A stretch of DNA of 64,000 bases from Ilumatobacteraceae bacterium (GCA_039920665.1 JBDSDH010000042.1:2532-66531), one strand, 5' to 3'; shown: positions 47,802 through 56,345, counted from the stretch's first letter. Notes: generated from the sequence alone by a model not told the origin. Made by a program: numbers and translations.

Positions 47802-48191
47802 TCAGGGGACGGTGATGGTGACCGCCGGCGACATGGTCACCGAGATCACGCCGCCCCAGTTGCACATGCATTTCGACGTGTTGTTGAGTGCCGGCATCTT
47901 GCCGATCAGCACTGTCGGCGCGCCCGGAGCCCACGGAGCGGCAACGGCCGGAATGCACGGCATCGGGGTCAACACACCCAATGCCGCCGCAGTGGCAGCA
48001 GCAACGATGGGGTTGGAGAGCGTCGTGCACATGCCGAACGGCAGGATGTTCAACAGCGGCTTGTTGTCCATGATGGTCGCGACCGGCTGATTCAGACCCA
48101 TCGTCTGGTTGGTCGGCACGACCATCATCGTCGACGGTGCAAGACCGAACGAACACATCAGGACGCTTCCGTTGACGACAGGCTGGGCCAT
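47802..48191 (-). CDS. DUF4280 (PAAR-like) domain protein
   Basis: MAQPVVNGSVLMCSFGLAPSTMMVVPTN..., PFGMCTT, PMPCIP, WAPGAPTVLIGKMPALNNTSKCMCNWGGVISV. The conserved Cys pattern and length match DUF4280. ATG at 48191. Confidence 0.8.
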   Translation of the reverse strand: MAQPVVNGSVLMCSFGLAPSTMMVVPTNQTMGLNQPVATIMDNKPLLNILPFGMCTTLSNPIVAAATAAALGVLTPMPCIPAVAAPWAPGAPTVLIGKMPALNNTSKCMCNWGGVISVTMSPAVTITVP

Positions 48192-48271
48192 GCCTCGGAC
48201 TGTATCGCAGCCGCCACGCCACAACATGGGGCAGGTGACGCCGTAGCCGCTGTCCATGATTGACTGAGCGG

Positions 48272-50149
48272 ATGTCTCCGAAGGCGGTCGCCAACCCTCG
48301 TTCCGCTGACGCTGCTTCAGGGGTGCCCGATGCGTGGCGCGAGTTCGGTCGATTGTCGATCGAACATCTCACCGCTCCAGTTGACGCGGCACCGCAAGCG
48401 CGAGTGGCGCTCGAGCATCAGCTCGATGTCGCACGCGCCGCGTTCATCGAATCGCTCGACCTGGCGTATCCGTTCTCCTCCATTGTCGCCAACGCGCGTC
48501 TGTCCCCCGCCGCGTCGGCGTTGCTCGCAATCGCGGTGTCGTGTGAACTCGACGGCCGGCTGGCCCGGCTCGTCGCCCACCTCAACGACGATCTCGCCCG
48601 GCCACGGCTCACCCTGCAGACCATCGACCAATTGATGCGCAACAACGGTTCGTCGGTGGCGGAGGTGCTCGGCCTGGATGCCCCGCTGCGTCGCTGCGCA
48701 TTCGTCGAGGTGATCGAGGACGGACCGTGGGCCAACCATGCCCTGGTCGTCGCCGCAGGTGTCGTCTGGGCGCTCGTCGGCGATGGCGCGATCGATCCGC
48801 TCGTGCCGTCCAATGTGCTCGTCGTCGCGGATGACGGCACGGGTGGCGGCGAGGTGGGTGACGATCTCGTGGTGGTCACCGGTGACGACCGCATCCTGCG
48901 ACGCCGCGAAGCGGCGCGGCGGGCGTCGGCGACACGGTTCCTCGTCGTCGACCAGCCGACCGAGACCAACGTCTGGAATGCGATCGTGCGCGAGGCGACG
49001 TTGTCCGGGATGGGCATCATCATCGAACTCGAAGAACCGCTGTCTGCGCAAGGGCAACGCGTGATCGGTCGCAGCGACCACCTCGCCTGGGCACTCAGCT
49101 CGCGCAAGGAACTGGCCATCGCCGACATGCCCAATCGCCGCTGGCGCGAAATTCGCGCCGAACATCGCGATCCCACGTCGCAGGATTGGAACGACGCGGT
49201 CGGCACGGTGGACGCACATCGCCACCACCTGTCCGCCGAGCAGCTCGATCTCGTCGGTCGGGCGTTCGAAGCCCACGATCGTGACCTCGACAGTGCAGTC
49301 CGCCGGTTGATGGCCGGCCCGCTCGAACAATTGGCCCAGCGGATCCGGCCGACGCGTACATGGGACGACATCGTCCTCAGCCCCGAGCGGTTGCGCCATT
49401 TGCACGGCATCGTCGATCGCTACCGGTATGCGTCGACGGTGTTCGACGACTGGGGATTTTCGGACAAGCCATCGCGGGGTCTGGTCGCGATGTTCTCCGG
49501 GCCGTCCGGCACCGGCAAGACCCTGGCCGCCGAGATTGTCGCCGGTGAGCTCGGACTCGATGTGTTCAAACTGAATCTGTCGGCCGTCGTCAGCAAGTAC
49601 ATCGGCGAGACCGAGAAGAACCTCGAACAGATCTTCGACGCCGCCGGCAGCGGCAATGTGGTGTTGTTCTTCGACGAGGCCGACTCGCTGTTCGGCAAGC
49701 GCAGCGAGGTCAAAGATGCTCGCGACCGTTACGCCAACATCGAGGTGTCGTACCTGCTGCAGCGTCTCGAGCGCTACGACGGTGTGGTTCTACTCGCGAC
49801 CAACTTCGAGAAAAACGTCGACGATGCGTTCCTGCGCCGGATCCACGCCCGGATCGAGTTCCCGGTGCCAGGTTCCAACGAGCGCGAACAGATCTGGATC
49901 CGAAACTTCCCGGCGGGCGCTCCCGTCGACGACGTCGATTTCGGGTTCTTGGCCGAACAGTTCGAGATGCCGGGCGGCGCGATCCGCAACGCCGTCATCC
50001 ACGCTGCGTTCCTCGCTGCAGCGGAGGGCCAACGGATCTCGATGGGCCACGCCGTACAAGCCGTGGCTCGCGAATACCGCAAAATGGGCAGGTTGCTCAA
50101 GCCAGATCATTTCGGCCCGTACTTCAACCTCGCCAAATCTGCCGAGTGA
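48272..50149 (+). CDS. AAA+ ATPase with long N-terminal domain (eCIS Afp15/Pvc15-like architecture)
   Basis: Walker A GPSGTGKT (49499-49522), Walker B VLFFDEAD (49661-49684), SKYIGETEKNL, LLATN and DDAFLRR. The AAA module is preceded by ~400 aa of uncharacterised sequence. The start is ATG 48272 or TTG 48260. Confidence 0.9.
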   Translation: MSPKAVANPRSADAASGVPDAWREFGRLSIEHLTAPVDAAPQARVALEHQLDVARAAFIESLDLAYPFSSIVANARLSPAASALLAIAVSCELDGRLARLVAHLNDDLARPRLTLQTIDQLMRNNGSSVAEVLGLDAPLRRCAFVEVIEDGPWANHALVVAAGVVWALVGDGAIDPLVPSNVLVVADDGTGGGEVGDDLVVVTGDDRILRRREAARRASATRFLVVDQPTETNVWNAIVREATLSGMGIIIELEEPLSAQGQRVIGRSDHLAWALSSRKELAIADMPNRRWREIRAEHRDPTSQDWNDAVGTVDAHRHHLSAEQLDLVGRAFEAHDRDLDSAVRRLMAGPLEQLAQRIRPTRTWDDIVLSPERLRHLHGIVDRYRYASTVFDDWGFSDKPSRGLVAMFSGPSGTGKTLAAEIVAGELGLDVFKLNLSAVVSKYIGETEKNLEQIFDAAGSGNVVLFFDEADSLFGKRSEVKDARDRYANIEVSYLLQRLERYDGVVLLATNFEKNVDDAFLRRIHARIEFPVPGSNEREQIWIRNFPAGAPVDDVDFGFLAEQFEMPGGAIRNAVIHAAFLAAAEGQRISMGHAVQAVAREYRKMGRLLKPDHFGPYFNLAKSAE

Positions 50150-50200
50150 GCAAGCTGTCGGGTCAGAACAACCTGCCGACACAGACCGAGAGGACGCACG

Positions 50201-51346
50201 ATGGCGTGGAACTTCCTGCAGGTGGTCGAGATCGGGGCGACCTCGTACGGCATCTATCCGGTGCCGACCGGCGCGCACGGCAACGATCTCGGCATTGCAT
50301 CAACCGATCGTGACACCAACCCGACCGTCGTGCCGATCGCGGGTCTGAAGGTACTGCGGGCCACCAACGACGGGACGTGGGTGCCATCGCTGAACGTGCT
50401 GCGCACCAAGGGCCGACTGGTGATCACCGACGACCGACTGGCGGTGACGTTCGACAAGTTCGTGCCCAAGGACCTCGGTTCGTTCGATCCAGTAGCGGTC
50501 GAACGGCCCGACGGCGGCCGATCGAAACGCCCCAAGCAGATGTTGGTCGGTCACGTCGCACTCGGCCAGATCCGCCAGATCGGTGTCCGCCAGGGTCACG
50601 GTCACGGTCACGGTCACGGTTCGAACGACAAGGGCTCCCGAGACGCGATCAACGACGGGCTCGGCAGCGTGATCATCGCGGCCGTCGATGCCACCGACAC
50701 GATCGTGATCGACCAGCACGCCGGTGTGGTGGTCGCGATCGAGATCATCATCGGCGCATCGGTCGACCCGGTCCCGGTGGTCAACGATGTCCTGGCGCGG
50801 TTGATGACCGAGCGGCTCCGGACGTCGGCCCTCGAGGTCGACCAACCAACTCGCGACGCCTGGGCCGAGATGGCACGCATCGGCTTCACACCGCCTGCGG
50901 GCGAGGTCCAGACCTACGACTTCGATCGCAGCCAACCGGTTCGGCGCGTCGCTGCCCACATCACGACCCACCATCTGATCCCGCCGACCGACACGTCCCC
51001 GGTGCCGACGATGTTGCCGACGCCGGCGCTGGCAATGCCGGCGCTGGCTGGGCCATCCCCGGCTGATCCGGCCTCCGCTGATCCGGCCTCCGCTGATCTG
51101 GCCTCCGCTGATCCGGCCTCCGCACCGACCGGGCATCGGCCCCTGCCGGCGCCGGTGCTGTCGCGACCATCGGGTCCCGAGCCATCACGCCCGGGCGTGT
51201 TCCTGCCGGCGCCGCCTCCGCCCGGATCGACGGCGGAGTGGCGAACAGACCCGTTCGCCCGTCACGAATTGCGATTCTGGGACGGATTCGGCTGGACCGA
51301 GCACGTCCACAGCAACGGTCAGCAGAGCGCCGACCCGCCCCGCTGA
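50201..51346 (+). CDS. Hypothetical protein with C-terminal DUF2510 motif, HG and PASAD repeats
   Basis: The C-terminus WRTDPFARHELRFWDGFGWTEHV matches the DUF2510 signature. Internal repeats are (HG)4 and (PASAD)4. The N-terminal ~230 aa are unrecognised. Confidence 0.7.
   Translation: MAWNFLQVVEIGATSYGIYPVPTGAHGNDLGIASTDRDTNPTVVPIAGLKVLRATNDGTWVPSLNVLRTKGRLVITDDRLAVTFDKFVPKDLGSFDPVAVERPDGGRSKRPKQMLVGHVALGQIRQIGVRQGHGHGHGHGSNDKGSRDAINDGLGSVIIAAVDATDTIVIDQHAGVVVAIEIIIGASVDPVPVVNDVLARLMTERLRTSALEVDQPTRDAWAEMARIGFTPPAGEVQTYDFDRSQPVRRVAAHITTHHLIPPTDTSPVPTMLPTPALAMPALAGPSPADPASADPASADLASADPASAPTGHRPLPAPVLSRPSGPEPSRPGVFLPAPPPPGSTAEWRTDPFARHELRFWDGFGWTEHVHSNGQQSADPPR
50594..50620 (+). repeat. Hexanucleotide repeat (ggtcac)x4.5 encoding HGHGHGHG
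   Basis: Read directly in the sequence. Confidence 0.9.
51062..51121 (+). repeat. 15-bp tandem repeat x4 (gctgatccggcctcc; one C>T variant)
   Basis: Read directly in the sequence. It encodes ADPAS ADPAS ADLAS ADPAS. Confidence 0.9.
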
Positions 51347-52302
51347 ACGCGCTGGCCCCGCAAACCCGGCAGACACCTGGGAACGAATCGGGCCCGTTGC
51401 CACAAGAGAGGGCCGGCAATTGCGGCAGCGGCGAGTGCCGCCGTCGCCTGATTCATCAGGGTGATCGCCGCCGCAACATCGCCGGCGGCTGCACGACGAC
51501 CGTCTCCGAGCACGCCCCGGTCCTCGATGACATCGCCATAGCGGTTCGCGCCACCGAGGCGAATGCCGAGAGCTGCCGCGAACGCGGACTCGATCACACC
51601 GCCATTCGGCGAAGGATGCTGGGCGGCATCGCGGCGAACAACTCGCTGGATCGCGTTCGCCCGGCCGGGACGCACCCCGGCAACGGTGATCGCTGCAAGT
51701 CGCGCCGGGAGCCAGTTGGCCACGTCGTCGAGGCGCGCGCTCGCCCAACCGAAGCGTTCGTAGCGCGGCGAATGGTGACCCACCATGGCGTCGAGGGTGT
51801 TGACAGCTCGGTGAGCGAGCACGAGTGGCGCGCCACCGATGACGGCCCACATGATCGGAGCGATCACCGCATCGACCGAGTTCTCCGCAACCGATTCGAT
51901 GACCGCTCGGGCCACCTCTGTCTCGGACAGATGGGTCGCCGTCCGCCCGACGAGCGACGGCAGACGGGCCCGGGCGCTCGCCAGGTCCCCGGCCGCGAGC
52001 AAGTCGCCGATCGCCGCTGCTTCTCGGCCGAGCATCCGCCCGGCGACCGCGATCGAGACCGCTGCAGCGGTCGCAGCTGGTCGACCGAGCAGGCGCTGCA
52101 ACCCGACTCCGATCAGTGTTGCGCCACCGACACCGATGGCGCAGAACACCACACCAGCAGTCTTCGAGTTGCGGTACCACTGCGTCTCCAGGGCAGTCAT
52201 CGCCTGCCCGAACCGGGCCACTGGATGGACGGCGACTGGTGGTTCGCCGACGAAGCGATCGATGGCGAGACCGAGCGCGATCGCAGCTCCGGTTGCACGC
52301 AT
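51319..52302 (-). CDS. cbiB: Adenosylcobinamide-phosphate synthase CbiB/CobD
   Basis: LAIDRFVGEPP..HPVARFG, AENSVDAVIAP, HHSPRYERFGWASARLDD and ANWLPARL. Confidence 0.9.
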   Translation of the reverse strand: MRATGAAIALGLAIDRFVGEPPVAVHPVARFGQAMTALETQWYRNSKTAGVVFCAIGVGGATLIGVGLQRLLGRPAATAAAVSIAVAGRMLGREAAAIGDLLAAGDLASARARLPSLVGRTATHLSETEVARAVIESVAENSVDAVIAPIMWAVIGGAPLVLAHRAVNTLDAMVGHHSPRYERFGWASARLDDVANWLPARLAAITVAGVRPGRANAIQRVVRRDAAQHPSPNGGVIESAFAAALGIRLGGANRYGDVIEDRGVLGDGRRAAAGDVAAAITLMNQATAALAAAAIAGPLLWQRARFVPRCLPGLRGQRVQRGGSALC

Positions 52303-52340
52303 CGGCGTACCCTACGGGCGGCGGCTACTCTGCACGTGTC

Positions 52341-54242
52341 ATGCCGAATCTGCGAGAACGCGTCGAGCAGAGGGACCGGGCTGCGTTCGTCGGGCGCGTC
52401 GACGAGCTGGCGTGTTTCGATGCGATCCTGTCCGGCGCTGACCCGCGCAGCATCGTCCATGTGAGCGGCCCGGCTGGGATCGGCAAGAGTACGCTGCTGC
52501 GAGAGGTGGCCCGGCGGGCGCGATCCGCCGGCTATTCGGTGCGGTCGCTCGAGGGTCGCGATCTGCCGCCGTTCCCCGAGGCATTGGAGTCCGCGATCGG
52601 CCCGGTGACCACCGACGGTCCGCCACTCCTCATCATCATTGACTCCTACGAGTTGGTCGGGTCGCTCGACGGCCATCTGCGTTCGGTCATCGTTCCGATG
52701 CTGCCGGACTCGTCGATCATCGTCCTGGCCGGACGAACGAGGCCAGGGCCGGCGTGGTTCGAAGGTGGATGGGACGCCGTCTCGCGAACGATCGAGGTTC
52801 TCGGCATCGGCCACAGCGATGCGGTCGCGCTCGTTCGCCATCACGGACTCGGAATCGACCGGGTCGACGAGATCGTGCGTCGCAGCGGCGGGTCGCCACT
52901 GGCACTCGTGATCGCGGCCCAAGCCGGCGGCGATGGATCGATGGCCGATCTGCTCGACCGGCTGCTCGGCGCCGAAGCCGAGCCCCAGCGAGCGCGCGTG
53001 CTCGGTGTGGCTGCACTGGCGCGGGTGACCACACCCGAGTTGCTCGAAGCGGTGCTGCCGTCGGATGATCCGCACGAGAGTTACAAGTGGCTGGCCGATC
53101 GATCATTCGTCGAACCACTGGCCGACGGGGTCGCCCTCCACTCGCTCGTCGCCCAGTCGATCCGCGACTCGTTGCGCGATCGTGATCCATCCGGAGAGGC
53201 ATCGCTGCGCCGACGTGTCGCGGATTACCTCTATCAACGAGCCCTCGCCGGCCAGTTCTCGTTGTCCACCGATCTCCAGCACCTCGTCATCGACCAGACC
53301 GTCCGCTGGGGGTACTCGCTCGATGTCGGCAGCCGCTACCACATCGATTCGGTGCGGCCAGGCGACGCCGACGTCGTCGGTGGGATTCTGCGGTCGGTCG
53401 GAGTCGGGGCTTGGTGGGACCTGACCGAGGTGTTCTTCACCGATCATCCCGAGTGCACCGGTGTCGTCCGCGATCGCAATGGCCGTTTAGGCGGGTATTA
53501 CGTCGCTGTTTCACCGGCCGCACCGCCCCAGGCTGCCCTCGACGACGTGCTTCTCGGCCCGTGGTTGCGTCATGCCCGCGACGTGTTGCGAACCAACTCC
53601 GCAGTGTTGTGGCGTGAGGCAGTCGATCTGACCGGCCAGATGGGCGAGGTCACATCGCTGCTCGGCTCGGCCGGGATCATCGGCAGCGGCGTGGTCAACC
53701 CGCGCTACGGCTACCTGCCCATCTCGCCGACGCTGCCGGCCGCGCTCGCGTTTGCCGAAGCACTGGGCGCGGCCCACATCTCGGAACTCGACGTCGCCAC
53801 CGGCGGGATGGATCTGCAGTGCTACCTCATCGATTTCGGACCCCAGGGCGTGCTCGCGTTCCAGCGCGACTGGGTGTATCGCGAGTCCGGGGCCAACCCA
53901 CCGCGACCGGTCGCCGGTGACGATGATGCCGGCCAACTGATCCGGATGCTTCGCGATCCAGCGGCGCTCGCTCACGGGCCGTCGTGGCTCGGTTCCGTAC
54001 CGTCGGTCCGGATCGAACGGTTGCGCGAGCTGGTCCGCGAGTCGCTCGGCGTGTTCGGCTCATCGGCCGACGATCGCCTCGCCCACACCATCATCACCGC
54101 TGCCTACATCGACGAGCCGGCCGCCCACGAGTCGATCGCTCGTCGGCTCCATCTCAGCCGCTCGGCGTACTTCCGTCGACTGCAATCAGCCACGACCCGG
54201 CTCGGTGACGAGCTTGCTGCCCGCCGTCGACAATCGTTCTGA
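52341..54242 (+). CDS. STAND/AAA16-type P-loop NTPase with C-terminal helix-turn-helix
   Basis: FVGRVDELACF...VHVSGPAGIGKSTLL (Walker A), LLIIIDSYE (Walker B-like), GGSPLAL, and a C-terminal HTH-like segment IARRLHLSRSAYFRRL. Confidence 0.7.
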   Translation: MPNLRERVEQRDRAAFVGRVDELACFDAILSGADPRSIVHVSGPAGIGKSTLLREVARRARSAGYSVRSLEGRDLPPFPEALESAIGPVTTDGPPLLIIIDSYELVGSLDGHLRSVIVPMLPDSSIIVLAGRTRPGPAWFEGGWDAVSRTIEVLGIGHSDAVALVRHHGLGIDRVDEIVRRSGGSPLALVIAAQAGGDGSMADLLDRLLGAEAEPQRARVLGVAALARVTTPELLEAVLPSDDPHESYKWLADRSFVEPLADGVALHSLVAQSIRDSLRDRDPSGEASLRRRVADYLYQRALAGQFSLSTDLQHLVIDQTVRWGYSLDVGSRYHIDSVRPGDADVVGGILRSVGVGAWWDLTEVFFTDHPECTGVVRDRNGRLGGYYVAVSPAAPPQAALDDVLLGPWLRHARDVLRTNSAVLWREAVDLTGQMGEVTSLLGSAGIIGSGVVNPRYGYLPISPTLPAALAFAEALGAAHISELDVATGGMDLQCYLIDFGPQGVLAFQRDWVYRESGANPPRPVAGDDDAGQLIRMLRDPAALAHGPSWLGSVPSVRIERLRELVRESLGVFGSSADDRLAHTIITAAYIDEPAAHESIARRLHLSRSAYFRRLQSATTRLGDELAARRRQSF

Positions 54243-55157
54243 ATTCGCTGTTTTCGCCGTTTTCGCTGCTTTTGCTGTTGTTGCTGCTCGGTCGCCGGGC
54301 TCGGGACGGGTGGCCAGCCAACATCCGGCGAGCACCAGCCCGAAGCCGATCACCGTTGCAACCGTGATGACCTCGTCGAGGAACACCGAGCCGAGTGCGA
54401 TCGCGACGACCGGATTGGCGAATGTGATCAGCCCGGCGCGTGCAGGACCGATCTCGTCGATCAATCGGAAGAAGACGATGAATGCCAGTCCGGTGCAGAT
54501 GACCGCCAGTCCGAGCACCGACAGCACGACGTTGACCCGCGGCGAGTGGTCGGGCAGTGCAGTGAGCGCGATCGGCGCATAGATCACCGACACCACGGCG
54601 AGCGAAACGGCGATCACCCCGATGGATGGCACATCTGCCAATCGGTGGGCGGCGATGAACGGCGCAATCGCATAACCGATGCACACGAGCAGGACCGCGG
54701 CGATACTCCACCACGGTGGCGGCTGATCGCTGCTCAGATCATTACCGACGAGCAACGTGACCCCACCGAGCCCGGCCGCAATACCGACGATGCGGACCAC
54801 CCGTAACACGGACCGGTCACCGAGGGCGAGGGCGACGAGCGTGCCGACGATCGGCACCGAGGCAATGATCAGAGCGGCAAGTCCCGACGCGAGGTGCTGC
54901 TCGGCTGTCGTGAGCAGGATCCACGGCACGGCCATTTCGATCAGCGCGAACGCGAGCACCGGTTTCCACCGGCGCAGAGCGGGTCGCAGCGCGCCCGAAC
55001 GCGCAGCGAGCGGCACGAGGATTGCTGCCGCGATCACCGTCCGACCGAACACCACAACCGACGGCTGCAACTGATCGACGGCGACGCGAATCAGAAAATA
55101 TGGAATCCCCCAGATCCCGGCCATTGCCGCGAACAACAGCCATCCCCGTTTTGTCAC
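54186..55157 (-). CDS. DMT-superfamily (EamA) transporter
   Basis: Ten TM helices, IWGIPYFLI at the N-terminus, and two EamA-like halves. The start is GTG 55157 or ATG 55124. The tail overlaps the convergent NTPase gene by 57 bp. Confidence 0.8.
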   Translation of the reverse strand: MTKRGWLLFAAMAGIWGIPYFLIRVAVDQLQPSVVVFGRTVIAAAILVPLAARSGALRPALRRWKPVLAFALIEMAVPWILLTTAEQHLASGLAALIIASVPIVGTLVALALGDRSVLRVVRIVGIAAGLGGVTLLVGNDLSSDQPPPWWSIAAVLLVCIGYAIAPFIAAHRLADVPSIGVIAVSLAVVSVIYAPIALTALPDHSPRVNVVLSVLGLAVICTGLAFIVFFRLIDEIGPARAGLITFANPVVAIALGSVFLDEVITVATVIGFGLVLAGCWLATRPEPGDRAATTAKAAKTAKTANSERLSTAGSKLVTEPGRG

Positions 55158-55324
55158 GCGCTCGATCCTGCGCCACGATGGCGTCTGACACAACGTCAGT
55201 TGGTCATTGTGTCCATCTTGTGACCCGATCAACCACGACCCGAACGAGCGGACCGAGAGAAGCAGCGATTGTCCGATTGTCCGATAGCTGGTCTGCGACC
55301 GCTGCGGGCTGCGAGGATCGGCAG

Positions 55325-55774
55325 ATGAAACCGGTCGATCTCGATGCCGAACTTGCTGCCGCGCTCGGGATCGCCCGTACCGCTCGGCCGAAGCAGGTGA
55401 TCCGGGCCGTGTTCGAACTGGTCGGGCACGATGATCTCGACGACGACCCGGTGCCACCGGCGGGCGCTGCGTGGATCCGTCATGTGGTCGAGTTGATCGG
55501 CGAGCACGACTGGCGTGCGGTGGACCTCGATTGGCTCGCCGAACGCGTTGCCGCGGACTCCGTGTCCGATCTGGATCCGGCCGAGGTCCCGGCGGCGTTG
55601 AAAATCGTCGCCCCGTCCAACCGGGCGACGGGTGAGGCCGCTACGACGGCGCTCAAGCGATTCCTGCCGCGGTATTGCCAGCGGCTGATCACCCTGCTGC
55701 GGATTGAGGGGCTGCCGCCCGAGGGGCTGCCGCCCGAGAGGCTGCCGCCCGAGGGATTGCCGGCGCGAGGCTGA
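55325..55774 (+). CDS. Hypothetical protein with C-terminal (EGLPP)n repeat
   Basis: ATG at 55325 and strong GC3 bias throughout. It ends in EGLPPEGLPPERLPPEGLPARG. Confidence 0.6.
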   Translation: MKPVDLDAELAAALGIARTARPKQVIRAVFELVGHDDLDDDPVPPAGAAWIRHVVELIGEHDWRAVDLDWLAERVAADSVSDLDPAEVPAALKIVAPSNRATGEAATTALKRFLPRYCQRLITLLRIEGLPPEGLPPERLPPEGLPARG

Positions 55775-56345
55775 GCCTCGGTCCGAATTCCTCGCCGGAC
55801 AAGCCGCCCGCCAATCCGCCGACCCAATCGCTCGAAAGGTCGTCGCGCAGTTTGGCCAGGCCGGAGCGAATCCGGCTCTTGGCCGTCCCTTCGGCGACGC
55901 CGAGCCGAATCGCGACTTCGCGGTAACTCATCTCACCGAAGAAGGCCATCACGATCGCGCGTCGCTCACCGGTGTGCAGTTGCGCCAGCGCCTGTTGAAC
56001 CCTTCCGGCGGCCTCCGCATCGATCAACCGCGCCGCCAAATTCGGATCGATCCCGACGTGGGCGGTCGTGGTCGCATGGCGCGTGTCTCGACCCTGCTGG
56101 GACGACTTGCGGCGAAGGTGATCGATCGCAGTACCTCGTGCAATCGTGCACAGATACTGGCGAATGTTGCCGCGGGCCTCGTCGAATCCGACCCGGTTGT
56201 TCCAGACGCGGAGGAAGACTTCCTGGGTGACATCGGCGGCGGCCTCGTCATCGCAGTATCGGCGGGCAACGCCATAGACAGCGCCACGGTGCTCACGGAA
56301 TGCTTCGATGATCCTGTCGCGCCAGTTCGACTCGGCGGTGTTCAC
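55689..56345 (-). CDS. ECF-type sigma-70 family RNA polymerase sigma factor
   Basis: Region 2 (DVTQEVFLRVW) and region 4 (MSYREVAIRLGVAEGTAKSRIRSGLAKL). GTG at 56345. An unusual ~45-aa low-complexity tail follows region 4. Confidence 0.85.
   Translation of the reverse strand: MNTAESNWRDRIIEAFREHRGAVYGVARRYCDDEAAADVTQEVFLRVWNNRVGFDEARGNIRQYLCTIARGTAIDHLRRKSSQQGRDTRHATTTAHVGIDPNLAARLIDAEAAGRVQQALAQLHTGERRAIVMAFFGEMSYREVAIRLGVAEGTAKSRIRSGLAKLRDDLSSDWVGGLAGGLSGEEFGPRLSLAPAIPRAAASRAAAPRAAAPQSAAG
55706..55765. repeat. 15-bp tandem repeat x4 (gaggggctgccgccc) lying in the overlap of two convergent ORFs
   Basis: Two perfect units and two degenerate units read directly. The plus frame gives EGLPP and the minus frame gives AAPRA/AASRA. 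Confidence 0.9.

Noticed and set aside
44771-51346. The CIS fragment as part of a prophage or mobile genomic island.
   Set aside because: I see no integrase, transposase, tRNA attachment site, flanking direct or inverted repeats, or phage capsid/terminase/portal genes. Apart from the leader, base composition looks like the rest of the window.
52303-52340. A cobalamin riboswitch upstream of cbiB.
   Set aside because: Only 38 nt separate the cbiB start from the divergent NTPase gene start. That is far too short for a B12 riboswitch, and no B12-box-like sequence was noticed.
54240-54292. An imperfect 9-bp periodic repeat (gttttcgcc gttttcgct gcttttgct gttgttgct) just after the NTPase stop.
   Set aside because: It is explained as the coding sequence of the low-complexity tail (AKAAKTAKTAN) of the convergent DMT transporter. 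I found no independent evidence for a regulatory role.
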